Source: Mytilus californianus (taxonomy: Eukaryota). Taken from it: a stretch of 64,000 nucleotides of DNA. Within the stretch, counting starts at the first letter, position 1, and every line of letters starts with the position of its first letter. Below, one piece after another: positions 26,501 through 41,500 of the stretch. Below the pieces are notes generated by a model, which did no database searches, was not told where the DNA came from, and was given only the letters and a program-made list of their open reading frames with translations. Where the stretch lies: assembly GCF_021869535.1 (NCBI RefSeq), contig NW_026262637.1, positions 9,858,001 to 9,922,000 of the forward strand. Reading direction: 5' to 3'. Both the position numbers and the translations under genes were made by a program.

Positions 26501-29500
26501 TGAATGTGTATATGTATATATAAAAAAAATTTAGTTTGATTTTAATTTACTGATAACAAAATCAATATAAACAATATTCAAAGATCTAATTACAGTGTTG
26601 AATTGGTAACCTTTTAGGATAAGTTTATTTGAAAAATATAGATACTGGTAACAATAACTTGTGATATCAGCAAAATATTTCTGTAGTAATCAACAAACGC
26701 AAACCTTACACCGTTTTCGATTTCCTTAAATACAATGCATTTCTTCATTGAAGATAGTCTAATATTTTTTTTATAATCGGATAGTCGTCTAACTTATAAA
26801 TTTACCGAATATTTCCTATTCCCGATTGTGAAATTATGACTGAGTATTTATTTGCATAGCGGTAGATGCATTTATTGCCGGAAACTTTTACCATGGCGAC
26901 ACCCCCTTTCTTGGTCTCTAAAGAGTTCATGCGATCCCTCAGTTTTTGATTATTCCATTGATTTGTCCTAATCGATCTATGAGTTTAAACATCGGTAAAC
27001 TACTGTTGCCTATACATGTGTATTTACCTTATGTTGTATCAACGCAGTCAACAGCATTTTCAATGCTATTATCCGGATCTATTGAATCTTAATTAGAAAG
27101 TAGCTTTAAAGTTATACACCAAATTATGCAAAGTACTCTTTTCTTAAAGATTTTGGGTAATTCCACATTTATTCGTTAATCAACTATGAATAATTTCACA
27201 TTTGAACGTTTCTGTCTGTCTCATATATTGCCATCGTGTCGTTTATGTACTGTAATTTTCCTCAGTTTTAAGTTTCAAATTTTAAACGAACAAACCTTTT
27301 CGCGAGATTTTATTTTTGCATTTTTCCTGATCTGAATTCTGATCTTACTTTAAAACCAAATAGACGCATGGAAATACTTTACATTTGTGCTTTTATTTGA
27401 GTCACAACATTAGCAAAAATAATCTGCTCGCGAAATCACCTACCTTTCTGTATTCGTTTAATTTGAAACGTCGTTTGTTTAAATGACGATTTCATGAGCG
27501 TGTTCGCATTTTGCTATAACTTTGCTATCAAAATTATGTTCATCCGTCCAGAGCACTTGAGATCACCCTGGTTTTTGGTGAGTTTCGTGCTGTTCAGTCT
27601 TTAGCTTTCTGTGTTAAGTTTTGTGTACTGTTGTTTGTCTTTTCGTCGTTTTTCGTTTTTTTCCATGGCATTGTCATTTTGTTTTCGACTGGTTAGTTTG
27701 AACATCCCTTTGATATCTTTCTCTTTTACGGTATTGTAACAAAGAAAGACACAAGTTATACAGTACAGCCAACTTAACAGATTACTATATTTCTTGAAAT
27801 GATTGTCAAAGATTCTTTTCGCGAATAGATATTTAAAATGCAAGAACGCCAATCAAGTTTAGTTCATATTTTTAGTAAAAGGGGAACCAACTCAGAATAG
27901 TTACAGTGGACTTCGTAAATACCAAGAAGAGTTAGCAGAGAATGCACTTCAAGGGAAAAACACAATAATTTGTGCAGTGACGAATGCGGGAAAAACAATT
28001 GTCGCCTTCCATATAATCGATGAACATATGAGACGAAATCCAAATGGTATGACCCTTAAATTTATCACATTTGATATAATACATCATTTACTTGCACATC
28101 ATGATTTACATATTAAAAGTTCAATTTTAGATAGAGAAAGTCATTTACTGTTTGTACTGTGGGTTTGATAAAAACAATATCAGGTAATTACAATTTGATA
28201 ATGCAACTTCAAACTTTCACTGTACTATATTCACATGAATGAAATATTTGGTTTTTTCACTTTTCTAGCCAAGGTTGTATTTATGGCAAGAACCAATCCT
28301 TTGTTAGATCAACAATACAAAAAAGCATGCGACATCCTGAAGTATTTGCAGGTATATTTGATAACCATATTTTAATTGAAATGCTCCAATGAATAACATC
28401 CTTTGTACTATGGAAAACATGATACTGATAAGACATGTTAGAGGATCATTTACATTTAGACCTACGACATCTATGAAATTACAAATATGTATGGAGAAAA
28501 ATCAAAACCTCATGGAAGTTTCTTCATCTTTGCAGTTGCCTAAATAAATTGAAAACCCATAGCATAAAACATCGTGTTAAATGGTAGTTTCTTATGACAA
28601 TATAAAGAGATTCGGTTTCTACATCAATTACACAGTTATCAAACAACACCAATTACGAAAAGGAATTTAGAGGTCAGCACGACAATAAAAGCCAGGTGTC
28701 TATCCAAAATGTCGAGCTTCAAATCACTCTGAATCTTAATTTTGTACATATAAATGTATGATACCTTCATGAAGGTCTCTCACCATACACAATAACTGTC
28801 GAATTTAGCTATTAAGACATAAATGTATATTCAGTGCTAAATCTTAATGTTGAAGAAAATGTTTCAAATATGATTCAAATTGCGACTTAGGAACATATGT
28901 AACAAAAATTCCAGTTTGAATATTATTAATAATAATTAAGGAAGGTTTTACTCATTTATCATTTGGGGCAATATTCCTAATGCACCTCAAATTGAGGTAC
29001 TCAAATATAGTTTGGTAATATCTGTGCAGTGATATTGGAAAAGTTTCCTATATTTAACAAATGACTGAGCTTAACTATTTGTGCTGACTTGAAGAGCAGA
29101 TGATCATAGAAAAAAAGAATTAAAATTAAATGTTTGCAAAGGACTGAATTTTTAAGGATCTTATTGTATGAAAAAGGGATCTTTTACCTCGAGAAGACGC
29201 ATCACAAAGGGCTGTTAGGGGTATGCTAAATTACTGGAAATTTGATCTCATTTTGTATCCCGAAAATTTACCACATACGGGAACACATCTCATCTTTGAA
29301 ACAAGCCATCATACATATTCAAAATATGATATGGGCAGAGGATTTAACAAAAAATGCTACCATTTCTGCCTACCTTAAATGAATTGCACATATTAACCAA
29401 ATTGAATGATTACTCAAAGGAAATGTCTATGAACTCTATTTCCTCGCACCTTATAATTCGAAAATCAAAAGGTGAAAAAAGCTATTATAAATCGTCAGAT

Positions 29501-32500
29501 GATCTTTTAAGATATTAGTCTGACTGGTCTCAGGATTTACATTTCTACATATTTGTATTACAAACTTCATATGATAATGTTTATATTCAACACAAATGCA
29601 AGAAAATTGTTCTAATACGCTGTAGATTGGGCTAATTGCAAAAGATATAAATACCATGTAGGCATTTATATCTTCTGTGCGACTTTTCTTTCAGGAATCT
29701 AACGACATTAAACAATTTCTAGTCGGACAAGAAAGCACAGATGAGTCTGCACGACTGCAGTTCGACAAAGGTCGTCTATTCTTTATGACGCCTCAATTGT
29801 TAATGAATAAAATGAAATTAGAGGAGAAGTTTCCTGTGCCTATAGATACATTTTCCATGCTAGTTTTGGATGAATGCCACCATGTACATGGGAAAACACC
29901 ATATAACGATATAATGGCAACTTATCGGAAAGCAAAACATGATGCAAAGGAAATGAAATTGCCGCAGGTATGCATACGATGTTAGTTTGTCATCTTATAA
30001 GTTTGAATATCCCTTTGGTATCTTCTGCCTCTCTATTAAAAGTATTAAATTATTTCTCTTTTTTCTTATTAAATCCGTCCGGAGCACCTCATGATCATAT
30101 CATTCCCTGTTTAAATTGGGGTTCATGTCTCTGAGTCTTTAATTTTCTGTTTATTGTTCGGTGAAATTGTTTGTCTTTGCGTCGTTTTTTCGTTTTTTAC
30201 TATGGCGTGGTCAGTTTCATTCCTTCTTCTGAATTTTTCTCTTTGTTATCTTCCGCCTCCTAATTTATATCTGTGTAAATACTTAAATAACTTCGAAATT
30301 TGCAATTGTTTATCTCTTTTTATCAAATAGTTATGTCCTTTCAATATTTAGTTCAATTCTATTCATGCTTCATTTCAGATAGTAGGTTTAACGGCCTCTC
30401 CAGGAACAAACAAAGCTAAAGATGAGTTTTCAGCAAAGGAACACTTGATGAAGGTCATGACACAAATGGATGTAGTACATTTGTCTACCGTTCGTAAGCA
30501 TAAAGATAATCTTCAAGAATATACCTCTGAGCCGGAACAAGGTAAACAAACGTTTATTTCCCTTTCGATCAGCATTTCCCATGATTCATGTATACATTGT
30601 GACTTCTCATAAAGAAAATGTGATCTTAGTAATTATTGATCTATACCACATGCCATATTTTGCATAAATTATTTCTATTAGAACGCTGATTTTGTGGACA
30701 TTGTTTTTTCAGTTGTATTACCGATGAAAATCAGAACACGAGATCCAATACGACGTAGATTAGAGTTATCAATATCCTATGTTGAAGAATTGTTTCAGTC
30801 TGAAAAGGGTTAGTATTGATTCCATTGAATACATATTAAAACATTGTTGTGACGTCATTCTGTTGTTGTATCCGTTCTTTATTTCAGTGATTGGACTATC
30901 ATTTACCTGTAAGACAATAAAGTCTCTAGTTCGGACAGTGTGTTACTTGCCATTTTTTGTATACCCTTTCCAAATTTATTTCTTCGTGCTTTATGCCTCG
31001 ATCAAATAGCAAGTAGGGGGATGACTTTTCACTGTAAAAAAATTGGGTCATGAATTTTAAAGTAAAGTAGTGATTTGGTCTAGCTGAAAAGGTTAAAAAT
31101 AGTATTTCGGAAGCTGTCAAAAGAATTCAAGACCCCCTTAAGATAAAATTGTCCATATTTTGAGTAAGAGCTGATGAAGTTTTCTATAATTTTGCATATA
31201 TGTCTAGAAATGTGTCCCAAAAGAAGTACACAACACTGTAAAAATATTAATGATAAAGCGCAGGTGGAATTTTTTTAATTTTCATTTATTGTCTAAAAGA
31301 AATGCATTACGAAATAACTGTGTTCTCGGGCCTAAGAGATGAAATCCGTAAATATAGAACCTGTACTTTGGCAACTTATCTGAATAATTTAATAGTGGCA
31401 AATTGTCAAATAGCATAAAACTAAAGGATTTAAACTTTTATTTGATAGAAATTCTGCAAAAATGTCCCATTTTGGCATTATATGGTCAAAATAAGCATTT
31501 CAAAGCCTTTTCAATTTTTATGCATAAGTGGCATTCTGACTTTCTATCTGACAGGTTTTCATGTGTCATTATTTGTGTTTCCAGGCTTTAATCAAGTTGT
31601 ATTATTCATTTGTGAACTCTGAATCTAGAGAAAAGTAGATTATCACAGACAAAATGTGCATAATGTGTTGTGTGAATGGTCCTTGTCTAACGGCCTGTTT
31701 GAAGAAAGTAAAATGTGAGGAGCTTGGTACATAAAAGTTGAAGTCCATAATGAAGGTTTCACTAAATTTGTATAAAAAGCACTTTACAATGTCTTGTGTA
31801 CCTGTTTCGTTTCACATACTATCTTTCTTTTCTTCTGTAGGATAGCAAGTGGTTCAAATATATGCCTGTTGAGACTAAAATTGCATGCAAGTTTTTCACT
31901 GAAAAGTGAAAAATCTTTGTATCAGACCATACTGTCTGCAAAAAAAGTTGAATGCAAGAGTCCTTTTGTACTCAGACTTCTTGTATCATGTCACTTGAGC
32001 AAAGAAATGAGCAAAAAGAAACAAGTTTTCTATTTCCTATAGCTTCAGTATGCATTTTTAAATGTAAACATGTGCTACGACCTAAATCGACCCTAAATTA
32101 TTTTCAGTCTTTCTTGGCCTAAGACCATTTTATACTCATATGATATGCTATTTGTAATTTTTCTTTCCATTTAAAGTACATTAAATACATATGGAAGGAT
32201 TATTTATAACAAAAAAACTTCACAAATTTAAAATTGCTTGAAAAAATTACATCTTCATGGAAGGCCCCCCTTCATTCGAAAACCTCTATTTTCAGGTACA
32301 GGTTCACATAAAATTGACTTTTGAATAATTGTAATAAATCTTATACATTAAATGAGTATTCTATTGCTGTTAATACATGATATATTAAATATAAGGGCAT
32401 TTAAAAAGTACTTTTTTGCAACATTTGAATTTTTAAAGCACAAAATGTTGATAGTTGGCATGGAATTCTTCAATTTTTACGTCAAAATTTAACACGCAAA

Positions 32501-35500
32501 GTTTAATATAAAATTAATCATATTGCCTATAATATATATCCTGTTGACATGACACTTGATCAACAGTCTTATAATTTATTAAGCTTTGGTCATACCAAGT
32601 TTGATTAAGATTCGTGAATTCTTTCTACCTTATTAGGTTCGGGAACACATTTATCGTCCTTTGATTTTCGTTGTCCCTAGTGTGGACAGTGTAATACTTG
32701 CAATTTTTTTTTATACCCTTTCCAAATTTATTTCTTCATGCTTTGTGCCTCAAATAGCAAGTAGTAGGGATGAAATTTCACTGTAAAAAAATTGGGTCAT
32801 GAATTTTAAAGGAAAGTAGTGATTTGGTCCAGCTGAAAAAGGTTAAAAATAGTATTTCGGAAGCTGTGAAAAGAATTCAAGACCCCCTTAAGATAAAATA
32901 GTCCATATTTTGAGTGAAGTTTTCTATAATTTTGCATATATGTCTAGAAATTTGTCCCAAAAGTAGGACACCAAACTGTAAAAATGTTATTGAGAAAGCG
33001 CAGGTGGGATTTTTTTAATTTTCATTTATTGTCTGAAAGAAATGCACTACGAAATAACTGTGTTCTCGGGCCATTAGGTTACCTTCAACTTCCAATATTT
33101 TTTACGAATAACCCTCCTCTTTCTTAAAAATATTGGACAGCTGAAGATAGCATAATTGATTCGTACAGGTAAATGATAGTTCAAGGACTGAAAAAACAAA
33201 ACACAATTTGTTTCTTCATATGAAAAAACTTTTCAACGAAAGAACACATGACAATTACACAAAAACATTTTATTTTATTTTTCTTCATGTCAAAATGCTA
33301 GATTTTGATTGGTTAATAGGAGGGAGACAAATTTACTCTATCCCATGGCAAATACTCTATTACGGAGACGCTTGATCAAGTTTGCGCTTTAATAAATACG
33401 GATTATTGTTATGTACAAGACGTCATAGTTTATGACTTTGAATTTGAAATTTAATAGACAGTAATAACAGAACATTCAGTATAATAAATTAATTAACACA
33501 TATCTGAGAGGGTGATAGAGCAGATTGTTACCCCTCGAAAAGACATTGTCAACCTTGGCTTCGCCTTAGTAAACAATGTTTTCTCGGGGTAACAATCTGC
33601 TCTATCACCCTCTCAGCTATGTGATATTTATATAAAGGTCACCTTCCAATACAATAATTTCGTCACTCATCAAGACGGTTTCTTGAAAAAAATTTTTTTT
33701 AACTTTTCCAATAGCCAGCGACACTTATTTCACAACCATTTTTTCAGATGTCTCCTTTAGCATAAATCTGGTTGATGATGCTCGTTGTAATTTGTTTTTG
33801 GTGCTTTTAGGTATTTCTTTTTGCAAAATATTTATCCACGTCTGTCTTTGGATATGAAAATCAAGATGGCCTCCATGGCTAAAAATAGAACATAGGGGAT
33901 AAAATGCAAGTTTTGTCTATTATCTTGGAAACCACTATAAATAGAGAAATAAAATAAAATTGACAAGGGCAGAAATGTTTGGAATGATGAGATCTACCTA
34001 TTGTCTATTTACTTTCAAACTGTCAGACGCCTTTTTATAGAAGTAATTGCCCTTAAACGACAAATTTTAACAACTTTTTAAAATGTTAGCCTATTATGTT
34101 GAAAAACATAATAGATAGAGAGAAACTTTATATCGCAAAATTGATCAGTGAGATAAGTTCTACAAGTAAGTCAACGTGCTTGAAATCGTTTGATGACCCC
34201 TTATTGGAGTTATTGCCCTTAAAGACTATTTTTACTATTTTTTTGCGTTTTTGCCTAATATCTGAAAAAGTATAATAGTTAGATAGAAACTTAGATAGGC
34301 AAAAATAATCAGCAAGACAAGATCTACAAATAAATCGAATAGTTGAAATCGTCTGACGACCCCTTATTTAAGTTATTACTCATTAATGATGGTTCTGACC
34401 TTTTTTTTTTGTGTTTTTGCCTAAAACTATAATAGATAGATAGAAACTTAAATAAGCAAATTTGATCAGCAAGACAAAATCTACAAATAAGTGACATACG
34501 GTATGGGTTTTTCTTATTGTTGAAGGCCGTACGGTTGCTAATAATTGCTTACATCGATCACTTCATTTGAACTTTGGTGGATAGTTGTGTCATTGGCAAT
34601 CATACCACATCTCCTTATTTTTATAAACATGGTTTAAATCGCCTGGTGACCCCCTTTTAGCATTGTTTAGAGTTGTTCTCTTATATAACGATTTTAATCA
34701 TTTTTCTTTTTTTTTTGCGCTGTTATCAACTAGCTGAAAAACTATTTTAGATAGATAGAAACTTAGATAACCATAAATGATCAACAAAGAAGGGATTTTT
34801 TGTCATGAATTCTATTCTAGTCCACAAAGATGGAGAGTTGTTGAAGAAGCACATAGACCTAGATGAGCGACACATGCTCTTTGGAGCCTCTAGTTTAGAA
34901 ACCATTAAACTCTTTTTGAAATTAAATAAACATAGGTGCTAGATTTAATCATATGTTTGTTAAAAAAGTTTTAGACAGTTGGTAATTGTGTTAAACAAAT
35001 GTTAACATAAAATCCTTTTCTGCATTGAATTGATTCAAAAGGGGGAAAGGTGGGTGGGGGAGGGGGGAAGGTATTAATAAAAGTATTTCTACTATGTATA
35101 TAACCTAAAAATATGAATAACATTTGTTTCTTTCCAATGCATTTATGAACAGTTTCAAACACTTCACTTTAGTTCAGATCTAAAAGATACAATTGATTGA
35201 ATGCAACAATTATACATTAAGGACAGAAACAAAGATATGTATACTTACAATGCTTTGTTTTGAAAAAAAGCGTTATTTGCAAAGGGAAATCGGGGGACAA
35301 AATTATATTTCGGTAACATGAAGAAGAACAAAACACAAGTGACAGCAATATGCAAATAAACTAAAAAAATGAGCGACACGCACCTTGCAGAAAAAACAGA
35401 AAAGGGGAGGGTATTCAGGTGGTACAGTTTGGGTAAACAATAACCGTCTCTTGCAAGACAACCGCCGAGTCAGAGTCAATTTTGGTGAACGAGGAAGGAA

Positions 35501-38500
35501 AGAGGGGGCCTGCGTCATACTGGAAAATTGTGAATAATCTTTTTTCATGTATAGTGGGTGAATAGGTCTGATCGATTTCTTGATCTCCGAACATTTCATG
35601 GCAATAAATTTAGATATTATATATAAAAAGAAGATATGATAAGATTGCCAATGAGACAAATCTCCACAATATACCAAATGACACAGAAATTAACAAATAT
35701 AGGTCACCGTACGGCCTTCAACAATGAGCAAAGCCCATACCGCATAGTCAGCTATAAAAGGCCCCGAAATGACAAATGTAAAACAATTAAAACGAGAAAA
35801 CTAACGGCCTAATATATGTACAAAATAATATAACTATAACAATTCATTTTTTATGAATAAAAGATATAATATTTTGATCATAATTCTCTTTTAATTCTGA
35901 AATAATATAAGATGGGGGAATTCCGATGAACAACAAAAGAATTTAAATTGATTGCACGCTTGTAATCTCTTCATATGTGCTCATTCATTATATCTTATAG
36001 TGTTGTTGAAATAAAATAGACTGAGGTGCACTCGATATGGTTGAACCTTTTTCTGCAACGTGAACCTGTCTTCAAGTTGTATGTGCTTTTCTTTTTTGTT
36101 CTTCTCATTCACCTAATAACCTAATAAGTATAAAATCTCAAAAGGAATAGGAGAGGACTACATTGTAAAGCTGCTATAACTTTATCCTCTTTGTTGTCCG
36201 CACTGAAATCGGATATAACTGAATACACATTTGATTGTAATCCAAAGTTTTAAACAACACAGTTACTATATACAACATCACTTTCTTCTTTTTCTTTGCA
36301 TTAAGAATATTTTTTCCATTTTGAGACACCAAACGCATGTGAAGGTTTTCACGGAAAATATTAACGTAGTCCTAGCGCACGCAAAAAGCATGATACACAT
36401 GCACTGTGTCTTCATGTACATGTAGCTATACATGTTGTTTACCTTCAACATTCAAATTTCAACGTTATAATACTAAGAACCCTTATTACTATATACTCGA
36501 AAATTAACAGGCTTATATACTTTTTTTAATTTAAGATTGTTATTGCTAAATTTGTAATGTCTCTTATTCAAATCTTATTAAGAAAATCATAATAGTTTGG
36601 CTTCTCCCGTAAATTATGGTTTTGTTGACGTGAAAATTAAGCATATCAGTATATTATTGATTTTCAGTTCAGCAGTTCCTGGATATCAAAATGCAAGACA
36701 TACATGACGTGAAACAAAGCCTACAAAACCCTCCTATTCAAAAATTAGAGCAAACATACGTTCAGTGGATAACAGAAACTAGACTGAAGGTGGAAAATGT
36801 TTTGAAAAAAGATGAATATGTTCCAAGACTGCTGTTGACATACTTACGTCATTTAGAAGTAAGTAGTCTGTATATCTCATTTGGTTTTCGCTGTGTATCA
36901 CCGCCACTTTCTGTATGTGCTTGTTCTACTTCATTTGGTCCCTGGTAGAGAGCTGCCTCATGGGCAATCATTCTAATTCTTTCTATTTCTATATTGCTGT
37001 CTGAAAGTTAAAAAAAAAACATTGATGATTCCTACTGTTAACAAGGTGTCAGAAGAGATACGTCGATTTTTTTTTTCTTCTTCTGTCTTTCGTACTTTGT
37101 ACGTACATTTTTGTAATGTTGCATCTTTACTCTGAATGCACATTGACAATTTTAACCATGATAGAAAGGAATAAATCATGGAAACGGACAACAACCAAGG
37201 CAATCGTTGATACGAGACATTTGAAAAAAAAATACTCTATAACTACAAAACAAAAAATTAAGAAATTCAACAGGATTAATAATTGGGAGAATCATCGTTC
37301 CTTCGAGTTAATGGTGGGAAGTATGGACAAATTGGAGATACATATGCTCCCACTGAAACTTAATTGAAATTCAATTTGTTATCATTGCAACTAGAAAATT
37401 TTATAAAATACTGTCCATTTTTAAATGTTGTAGCCAACTGAAGTCAAATTAAGAAGGAATGAAATGAACAAGTCTCTAACAATGTACAACTTCATTTATG
37501 GACGACTACATTTAATTACCTCCAGAGGAAATCTTTGATCCTTATCGGCTAATTTCCAATTGTGAACGTTTTACTGCAACAAAAAAGAGAAAAATGATTC
37601 AATGGGTCATTCGAAATGTACAAGTCCAATAAAAACACCATGGTGAAAAATAAAAATATTTCGATGAAAGGACAAATAACAATTAACAACATCATATAAA
37701 AACTTAAAACTAAGCAACAAGAACTCCTCGCAAAGGCAGAGTTGAACTGCTGCGTTGTGGTATGCAGTTCATGTTCCACATTGAACACCCGTCATAAAGC
37801 TGAAACAAGTAGAAATTCGATACAAGTCAAGTTTCGTAATGTAACAATTAAGAAAAGTGGTCAGGGTTGTGGTTATGACAAGTGGAACCTATCTGTAGTG
37901 ATACAGATTTTCCATAACAGTCAACCAAACTATGGTGGCGTCAAACATCTTTTGAAGGGCTTACTACAACTTTTCAACTTAAAACCCTTGATGCAACAGC
38001 TTCATTATAAGCAATGCAATGACCCTCAATCAATACAATCGTGAAAGGAAACGCAAGCACTGGAAAATTGTATCAAAGGATGGATACAATATTCCGTATG
38101 CCGGTGTAGCTGGGATGTTGCTATACAGAAATTTTATATGTTTTGATAAAACACCGAAATACGCATTTAAAGTGTACATCACGAGTTGGTTGAGCGTTAT
38201 TGAATATCCGTTTCACAGATGATAGCGGATATGTTCCAAATGTCGTAACTACAATCCCGTCCCCCTTTTTACCGAATATGACCTACCGAATTTGACTTAT
38301 TACCGGGTTTGTACTAACATGAGCAACACGACGGGTGCCACATGTGGAGCAGGATCTGCTTACCCTTCCGGAGCACCTGAGATCAACCCCAGTTTTTTGT
38401 GGGGTTCGTGTTGCTCAGTCTTTAGTTTTCTATGTTGTGTTTTGTGTACTACTGTTTGTCTGTTGGTCTTTTTCTTTTTTAGCCATGGTGTTGTCAGTTT

Positions 38501-41500
38501 ATTTTCGACTTATGAGTTTGAATGTTCCTCTGGTATCTCTCTTTTAATTACATTTGTCGTACAACGATTGCTTCATTGATAAAAATATGTTATATATGTT
38601 TTCTTAGATATATGCAGAATGTCTGGAAATGAATTCACTTCTTGACACACACGCAGTTGTGGACTTGATAACCAGAAAGTCGTCACAGGAATCAATTCAA
38701 AGTAAAAATGCCAATACAATAGAAGAACAAGAAATTTCGAAATATCTAGACGGTGAGTTTATTCCCGGGACATCCAGTGTTATATCAGCTTTTATCCATG
38801 ACAAACATAAAATTAATTATGACATATTATCTCCTAACAAACTTATGACACTGAAAATCTTTGCAAAAGAACGATGTTTTCTATAATATTAAACACAGAC
38901 AGTATGTCAAAATTAATAATTAGATATAGGCAAAAACATAATTCACAATTACAAACCAATAACTGTTACAGTATATAGAACTTCTAACCAGACTAATCTT
39001 ATCTTCCACATGTTCAACACTTCATTGGAAGATAAGATTAGTCTGGTTAAATGAGGCATAATAGTATATCGAAATACTAAACTAAATCATGACCCACAGC
39101 ATTAATTCATAGCAATTTACTGATCTAGTATTACAAGGCATATCAATATTGCTACAAATGTACTGGTTAGTTTTCATTTCGATGATCAAGGAACGCTTTT
39201 GACAACTCTAGTCCAAGAGGTTGACAACTATTCATGAAAAAATGTATTTCAGATGTATGCGCAAACATGAGTTCTCTTAATCCTGAGGAAGTCGAAGAAA
39301 ATCCAGATGTACAGAAAATTATCCATCTTCTACAGACTGAATATGAGAAACAGGGAGACAACTCTAGGTTTTTAATTTTTGTGAAGACGAGAGCTACTGC
39401 CATGTTACTTGCCAAACGACTTGAAAACATGAAAAATCTCAACTGTCAATACTTCACTGGGTCACAGGTTGGACTAGAGGACGGAGGTGAATATGTTCAT
39501 AACCATTAATCAAAATAACTGTTTATTCGATGAATATTCTTTTTCTTTATGGGATCAATAATAACAACAAAGGAGAACATGCATTTTTAATTTAGGCTAA
39601 TTTGAATCTGCAAAATCACCGAAAATAAAAAAAATTGTATGATTTTGAAATATATATAATATTTTAATAGATTAATCATAAAACTAGATACTGACCCACT
39701 GCACCAATTAATGACGAATTTACTGATCTAGTATTCTACGGAATGCCTATATTGCTGTTTGTTTTAATTTACCTTGAAGTTCGTTATTATTGTTATACTT
39801 TTTTACGGTATGAAAAATTCGAAGAAGACTGAGTCTTAAACAAATCTAATTATATATTTGATATATTGTGTATTTGAAAACATTTTGTATTCTTAAATCA
39901 AGGACGCCATAAAGCCTTGACGTCATGTCCCCGCACGTATATCTTCCCACAACGTGTTATAAAAAAGAAAAACTCGGAATTGCATTATCCTAATAGGATC
40001 AAACAAACAGAGTTTTTAAATATGAAGCAAAAGTATATGTCTGCAGATATTAGCAGTATGCCGAATTCATGCAACGCATCCGTTATTACAAAATAAGCCC
40101 AGTGACGGTAGCTGGTCCTCGACCAGTATAATTATAATATTTTATATTTAAGGTTCAATTTTACCCGAAGGCATACATGTTTCTGGAGAAAATAATATAC
40201 CTTTGTTTTCGTCGTTTTTAAGAAGATTTATTGATTGGGTGTGTGGTGTTTGACCTAACTTTTGATAACCCTTTTTATGTTAAAAGAATATTTTAACCCT
40301 TTTTTTGAATGCATATACATTTTGTTCACGTATTATCATTCTTTATTTTAATGTTTGATTTGATTTACTTATTTCAATTCATTCTGTTTTCGTAAGGTCT
40401 TACCAAACATAAACAACTGGAAGTGTTAAATAACTTTAAATCTGGTGTGCACAAGTGTATTGTGGCGACTTCAGTAGCCAGCGAAGGAATTGATATACCT
40501 GAATGTAACATGACGATAAGATACCGATTTACGGCAAATGAAATTACAAGTTGCCAAATGAGAGGTTTGTAAATAGCTTTAAAGTATGAATTGTATTCTT
40601 ACAATAAAGATAACCATTAAAAATATATTTTATTTGGCCTTTTTTATTTTTTTATTTTAAAACATATATTAACAGGCGTAAATCTGTTGGGATATACCAA
40701 CCAATGCAAACAACAAACAAGTCTTAGGTAAACAAACATACGCCTACCGTACTAAACTATAAATCTGTAATATTTGTTGAGTTTTATAATATTATCGATA
40801 TATTATATCTAATCTGATGAGTCTTATGTAGACAAAACGCTCGTCTGGCGTACAAACTACAAGCCAGGTATCGTTGATGAGTTTTTATACTTCAACTGAA
40901 ATTCATACGGACCAGCTGTAGCTACTTCCTGTCATGCGGACTGGTCATACGGACCAGTTGTAGCTACTTCGTGTCATACGGAATGGTCATATGGACCAGC
41001 TGTAGCTACTTCCTGTCATGCTGACTGGCCATACAGAACCAGCTATATTGACTGTTTTGATTATTTAATAAAAGTGTTACGAACTTGCTGATTCTATATT
41101 GGACCTGTATTGATTGTCGGTCAGCTGTATTGGCCCTCGGGACCAATACAGTAGACATTGAATCAATACATGGACCAATACAGAATCAGCAAGTTAGTAA
41201 CACTACAATATTATTAACCTAAATTCTTAGTTAAATTTAACACTTTAATGGATTTTCAGGTAGAATTAGAACAGCTGGTGGAAAGGAGTTTATCATAGGA
41301 TCCGAAAAAGAAAATTTACGTGAAACCATTAACATAGAGAGGATGGTGTTGATGAAAAAGGCAGTGAATGCTGTCATAGCAATGACCGAGCATGAAGTTA
41401 GAGAAAAGATAAATAGAGGTGAACAACTTCTCTTTCAATCTGAAGACGTTGAACGGAAGAAAGCGCTTGAAACAAGGAAACATAAAGTTGTTGCACAATT

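Noticed and set aside
38292-38579. 95-aa and 70-aa ORFs ([21 protein letters not shown]..., [17 protein letters not shown]...), with similar ORFs at 5418 and 24351
   Set aside because: They are recurrent translations of the family-2 interspersed repeat, not genes.
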